64,000 bases of DNA from NCBI RefSeq assembly GCF_000281045.1, contig NW_008246074.1, positions 1,016,573 to 1,080,572 of the forward strand, read 5' to 3'. Positions within the stretch are counted from its first letter, which is position 1; the number at the start of each line of letters is the position of its first letter. Source of the DNA: Saprolegnia diclina VS20 (lineage: Eukaryota). Made by a program: the position numbers and the translations under genes. The notes beneath the pieces were generated by a model that worked only from the letters and a program-made list of their open reading frames with translations, searched no databases and had not been told where the DNA came from. Below, one piece after another: positions 59,716 to 64,000 of this stretch.

Positions 59716-60729
59716 CTATGCCGTCTTGGCCTTCTTGGCATCCGTGTCCTTCTTGACGTACGAGGCGAGGCCGAGCTTGTAGAACGCATCGGACCACGAG
59801 CTCTTGCCCGTCATGTACTTGATGTGCTGCGCTTCGCGGAACTGGACGTCGGTGCCAAAGACCCAGTCCCAGATCGTGAAGAAGGACGCGTAGTTGCAGT
59901 CGAATTTTTCGTGGTGGTAGTCGTGGTGCACCGGGCCGCCCCAGAACGGCAGCCACGACGTGAGAGCGAACGGAAGGTCGTAGCCCGAGTGGCTATCGAT
60001 CGACTGCATGATGCGCACAACCATCCACACCCAGAGCGTGAGGAGGTGGCGTGTCAACAGCAGCGGACCAAGGAACGTGCCGAGGCCAAGGATTAGCGTC
60101 TCGGCCGGGTGCGCGTACTCGGCCGTGATGCCGAACGGCGCCGCATACTCGTGGTGGAGCTTGTGGATGTACTTGTAGATCTTCTTCCAGTGCAAGAAGC
60201 GGTGGGCCCAGTAGTTGTAAAAGTCTTCGAGGACTGCCGAGACCATGACCTTCCAGAAGATCGTCCACGCGGTCGGGAGCGGCGCCTCCATGCCAAAACC
60301 GAGCATCGTCAAGCTGCTGTGGCTCGAGATCATCATCGGCAGCTGCACAATGACGTGGTTGAACGCAAGGAGCTTGAGGCACTTGGCCGTCATGGCCCAC
60401 GTGTTGGGCTTGTCCTGGATCTTGTACTTTTGAACCCACGGGACGTAGTCGAGCAAAAGGTACGGGATCCAGCCGCCAAAGTAGACAATCTCGTGGAGCA
60501 CGAACGTCAAGCCGGCGTTGATCGTAAACTCGTCGTAGTTGTCGAGCATGTACTGCCAGTACGGCAAGAGAAAGTTGAGCGAGTTGAGCTCGTCGAGCGT
60601 CTCGAGGAGCGTCATGGGCACGGCGCCGGTCGCCGTCGCGTTGACAGCCGACGAGCCGTAGACAGCAGCGACGCAGAAGGCCGAGAGGGCAGCGGCGCCG
60701 CCTGCCACGTTCAGCGCACAGCGGACCAT
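59716..60729 (-). CDS. Sterol C4-methyl oxidase (ERG25/SMO family), paralog 1, intronless
   Basis: HEIVYFG, KYKIQ, His boxes HRFLH, HKLHH and HHDYHH, plus APFGITAEYAHP and DSHSGY. Confidence 0.93.
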   Translation of the reverse strand: MVRCALNVAGGAAALSAFCVAAVYGSSAVNATATGAVPMTLLETLDELNSLNFLLPYWQYMLDNYDEFTINAGLTFVLHEIVYFGGWIPYLLLDYVPWVQKYKIQDKPNTWAMTAKCLKLLAFNHVIVQLPMMISSHSSLTMLGFGMEAPLPTAWTIFWKVMVSAVLEDFYNYWAHRFLHWKKIYKYIHKLHHEYAAPFGITAEYAHPAETLILGLGTFLGPLLLTRHLLTLWVWMVVRIMQSIDSHSGYDLPFALTSWLPFWGGPVHHDYHHEKFDCNYASFFTIWDWVFGTDVQFREAQHIKYMTGKSSWSDAFYKLGLASYVKKDTDAKKAKTA

Positions 60730-61441
60730 CGTAGCAAGTTGCAAACTGACTGGGTAGACACCGAAGCATGACACGGCCGCTAATCCACTTGATTACATCG
60801 CACCGTATCCGGATCGCCGGATACACGCCTGACGTCACCCCGGGGCACACCGCCTGTCTATGCGCACCTTTAACGGCGCGCGACGCCTCTTTTCCGCGTC
60901 TCCTGCGGGCTCACCATGGAGCAGCTTCCCATGCGCGAACCATGTGCATGCACCAGTCGTAGGCTTACTGCGCTGGCGGTCCGATGCCTCTCGTGTGGGC
61001 GCCAGCCAACAGCAAACTGGGAACTCACTGCGCATCTTATCCGCGACGGGTCGCTGCAAAGCAAGGCGGACGTAATCCCAGGATACACGCCAGCAATAAT
61101 CACAGCGTTTACCTGTTGATGCAATGTACTTGGCTGTCGTGGCACGGATTTCGAAGCTCGACGATCGACGGGCGCCCTTCGAACAGGCGATGGTGCATAG
61201 CCGCGGTGCGGCTTTGTCGGCGACGTCTATGCAGCGCCTTGCGCTTGACCGCAACAGCACACGCGCATGGTCCTTCGTCGTTTCCTGTCCATGCGACGAC
61301 AAACGCGTCCTGCCCTTACGCCCACCAAACAAGAAAATGCCCCGGGGCACGCTACCTGCGACACTTGGTATACGCCACGGAGAGGTCCCTGGTAATCGCG
61401 CGTGATTACCTTTGCGAGGGCCAGTGAAGACAGCCGAGGAT

Positions 61442-61459
61442 GCTTCATTCCGCATTTTC
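61442..61459 (+). promoter_or_regulatory. Oomycete INR+FPR core promoter element
   Basis: GCTTCATTCCGCATTTTC matches the known oomycete initiator/flanking-region consensus and lies ~10 nt before ATG 61470. Confidence 0.75.
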
Positions 61460-61469
61460 GAAGACGAGC

Positions 61470-62503
61470 ATGGAAGCGTGGAACGCGACGTTGCTCGAGC
61501 ATGGCATCAACGTGGCGTCGCTCGAGGCGACGTTCCATGAGCTCAACTCGCTTGCGTTTCTCGCGCCGTACTGGCAGGCGATGCTCGACAACTACTCGGA
61601 GTTTGTGATCGTCTCGGTGTTTACCTTTATCTTGCACGAAGCGCTCTACTTTGGTCTTTGGCTGCCGTATCTCGCGCTCGACTACATTCCGTACTTTGCC
61701 AAGTACAAGATCCAGCCGACCAAGCCCAACAACTGGGTCGACACGTCGCGCTGCCTCAAGGGCCTTCTCTTCAACCACGTCGTTGTGCAGCTGCCGATGA
61801 TCCTCTGCAGCGACTTTGGTCTGCGTCTCCTCGGCTTCTCGGCCGCCATGCCGCTCCCGAAAGCGTACGTGGATGCTGCGCATGCTCGGTAGGATGCTCA
61901 TGTGCATGTAGGACGACGATTGCGTGGCAGTGCCTCGTGAGCTTCATCCTCGAAGACTTCTACTTTTACTGGATCCACCGCTTCTTGCACTGGAAGAAGA
62001 TCTACAAGTATGTCCACAAAGGTATGGACAAGTCATTGTGTGCACATGCGATGACTCATGGGATATGCCTAGTCCACCACGAGTACGCGGCGCCGTTTGG
62101 CATTGCGGCCGAGTACGCGCACCCGATCGAGACCATGTTCCTCGGCATTGGCACATTCCTCGGGCCGCTGCTGCTGACGCGCCACCTCCTCACGCTCTGG
62201 GTCTGGCTCGCCGTGCGCTTGTACGAGACGGTCGACGACCACTCGGGCTACGAGCTGCCGTTTGCGCTCTCGGCGTACATTCCGTTCTGGGGCGGCCCCG
62301 TGCACCACGACTTTCACCACGAAAAGTTTGACGGCAACTACTCGTCCGTCTTTACGATCTGGGACTACGTCTTTGGGACCGACAAGGCCTTCCGCGCGTC
62401 GCAGCGCGAGAAGCGCGAGAAGGGCTCGAGCCAGTGGTCCGACTTCTTCGACAAGGTGTTTGGCCGCAGTACTACGTCGACAACCAAGGCCAAGGTCGCA
62501 TAA
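61470..62503 (+). CDS. Sterol C4-methyl oxidase (ERG25/SMO family), paralog 2, two introns
   Basis: HEALYFG, HRFLH, HK|VHH, APFGIAAEYAHP, DDHSGY and HHDFHH. Confidence 0.93.
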
Positions 62504-64000
62504 GATTTTATCCGAAGCAGTAACCCACAACTTCTTGACTATCAAATTATCTCGTGTGCAGAGGCATCGTCCGCATGTATGTACGTGAACCAAGCTCGAC
62601 GGCACTGCAGGTCGCTCGGACGCGAGCTCAAGCAAATGCAACGCTCCAGCGTTGAGTCCTTCTCGACACTAGTAGGTTGACAAAGGTGAAAGATTAGAGG
62701 TTGAATAGTACGGCTAATGGAATGCGGTCCTCCACCACCGCAACGAGGACACATCTTTGTGCTTTACTCCGACATACAATTGTAGCAAGCAAGCAAACTT
62801 CATGATCCAACGAGAGGCACGACACTAGGAGGCGGCTAGTCCTCAATAAGCCAAACGTGTTGGATACAAAGTGGATGCTGAAGTGAGCCTCCAGGACTTG
62901 GTCTACTGACAACGGGCAGGGAGTGGCTGCAGTTCACGTCCCAACAAATGCCCATACTACAATATGCTGAACGTTCCGCCGTGGTTGGCAATGGAACATT
63001 CGGCATGAAGATCCTTCCAGGATCTTCAGCAGACAGGATCTATCTTTAGGCTTAGGATACAGCCGCCAAGGTTCCCAGAACCTGAGCTATGCGGGTGGGT
63101 TGTCATGCAGTCGTTTAACTAGCACGGTATCCCAGATATACCACAATCTTCCTCGTTTTGCGCCACAAATGCCATTTCGCCAACGGCCCCAGAGTACTGG
63201 ACGACGGAGCCAATACTTGTATGGTACTCCAGGGCTATTGTTGGTTAGAGTCCTTCGGGACTGGCAATTTGGTCGAAACCAGCACGAGCGGTCGTCGAGC
63301 GTTTGAAACCGTCACTTGATACTAACGCAAGCCATGCTTGATACTCAACACCACCAAGCACAAGAAAATAAGTTATTTCCTCGAGCGTCTGCACGGGACG
63401 CACTGCTGAAGGTATGCGCCGGCCGCCTCTGCGTCAAGGTCGAAGCGACGCTTGGTGGCTTCAAGGGCATCGCGACCACCCTCGTGATCAAAACTGCGTG
63501 ATTTCCATGCTGCCAGTTCCCTCGTCGTTCATCGTACAAGGTCAGCCGGACGCGACCTTTATGTGTCGGCGACACGCGCCTCTTCCGCAGCAAGATCGTT
63601 TGACAAGGGAGTATTGCTGGACTCGGCTGCGTCATCGACAGCTCCAAGCAGCGAGAGCATGCGACCAGTAGATAATGCTGCCCAACGTTTTGTTAGCTTG
63701 GAGTGCTTCTCCGTTGGATACAATGGAGAGGTGGACTCGCTGGTCGTTTGGCGCCATAGACGCAGCAATGAGTCCTGTAAACGCTGTCGTTGATGATGGA
63801 CAGAGGCGGCGGTGGCCAGTGTACCGCGGGAGGGAAGCGGCCGGTGCAACAGTTGTCAGTAGCCAGCGCAGCAAGCCAGCACATGTCTGTCGTGCGTGGC
63901 TGCATTGCTTTGCCGACAGCGATGCAGACGCCCATGTCCTATTATAGACATGGCCGACGACGCCCACGCCACAACTTGCCGGCGCCACAACCGGTCGCGG

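Noticed and set aside
62600..64000. Possible decayed gene or transposon at the window end
   Set aside because: No recognisable motif, TIR or consistent reading frame could be supported by eye.

Overview
Gene-dense eukaryotic DNA from an oomycete, most likely Saprolegniales (Saprolegnia-like). The inference rests on GC-rich codons, many ~40-60 nt GT(ACG)...AG introns, an oomycete-type calmodulin, an INR/FPR core-promoter element, sterol-synthesis genes and a secreted ricin-B lectin. About 35 protein-coding genes can be reconstructed, including an ABCB transporter (3' part), class II DAHP synthase, HTATIP2-like, glycolate oxidase, CCT5, C3HC/NIPA, SPRY protein, MOCS2A, MOB1, ACSF2-like ligase, calmodulin, RNA-silencing RdRP, roadblock dynein light chain, an AAA ATPase, a DYRK-like kinase and two sterol C4-methyl oxidases. 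There is one assembly gap; no rRNA, tRNA or CRISPR was recognised. Most notable observations: (1) an anoctamin/TMEM16 spliced in frame to two tetraspanin-like modules; (2) three paralogous Cys-rich/EGF single-pass proteins ending in E-[YV]-T-L; (3) a methyltransferase with three AKAP-consensus helices; (4) a 620-bp PIF/Harbinger-type MITE with TIRs and a TTA target-site duplication; (5) a TATCCGG/CCGGATA motif upstream of about ten genes; (6) a ~620-bp inverted duplication ~51 kb apart. All exon boundaries and family calls were made by eye; no database search was run.
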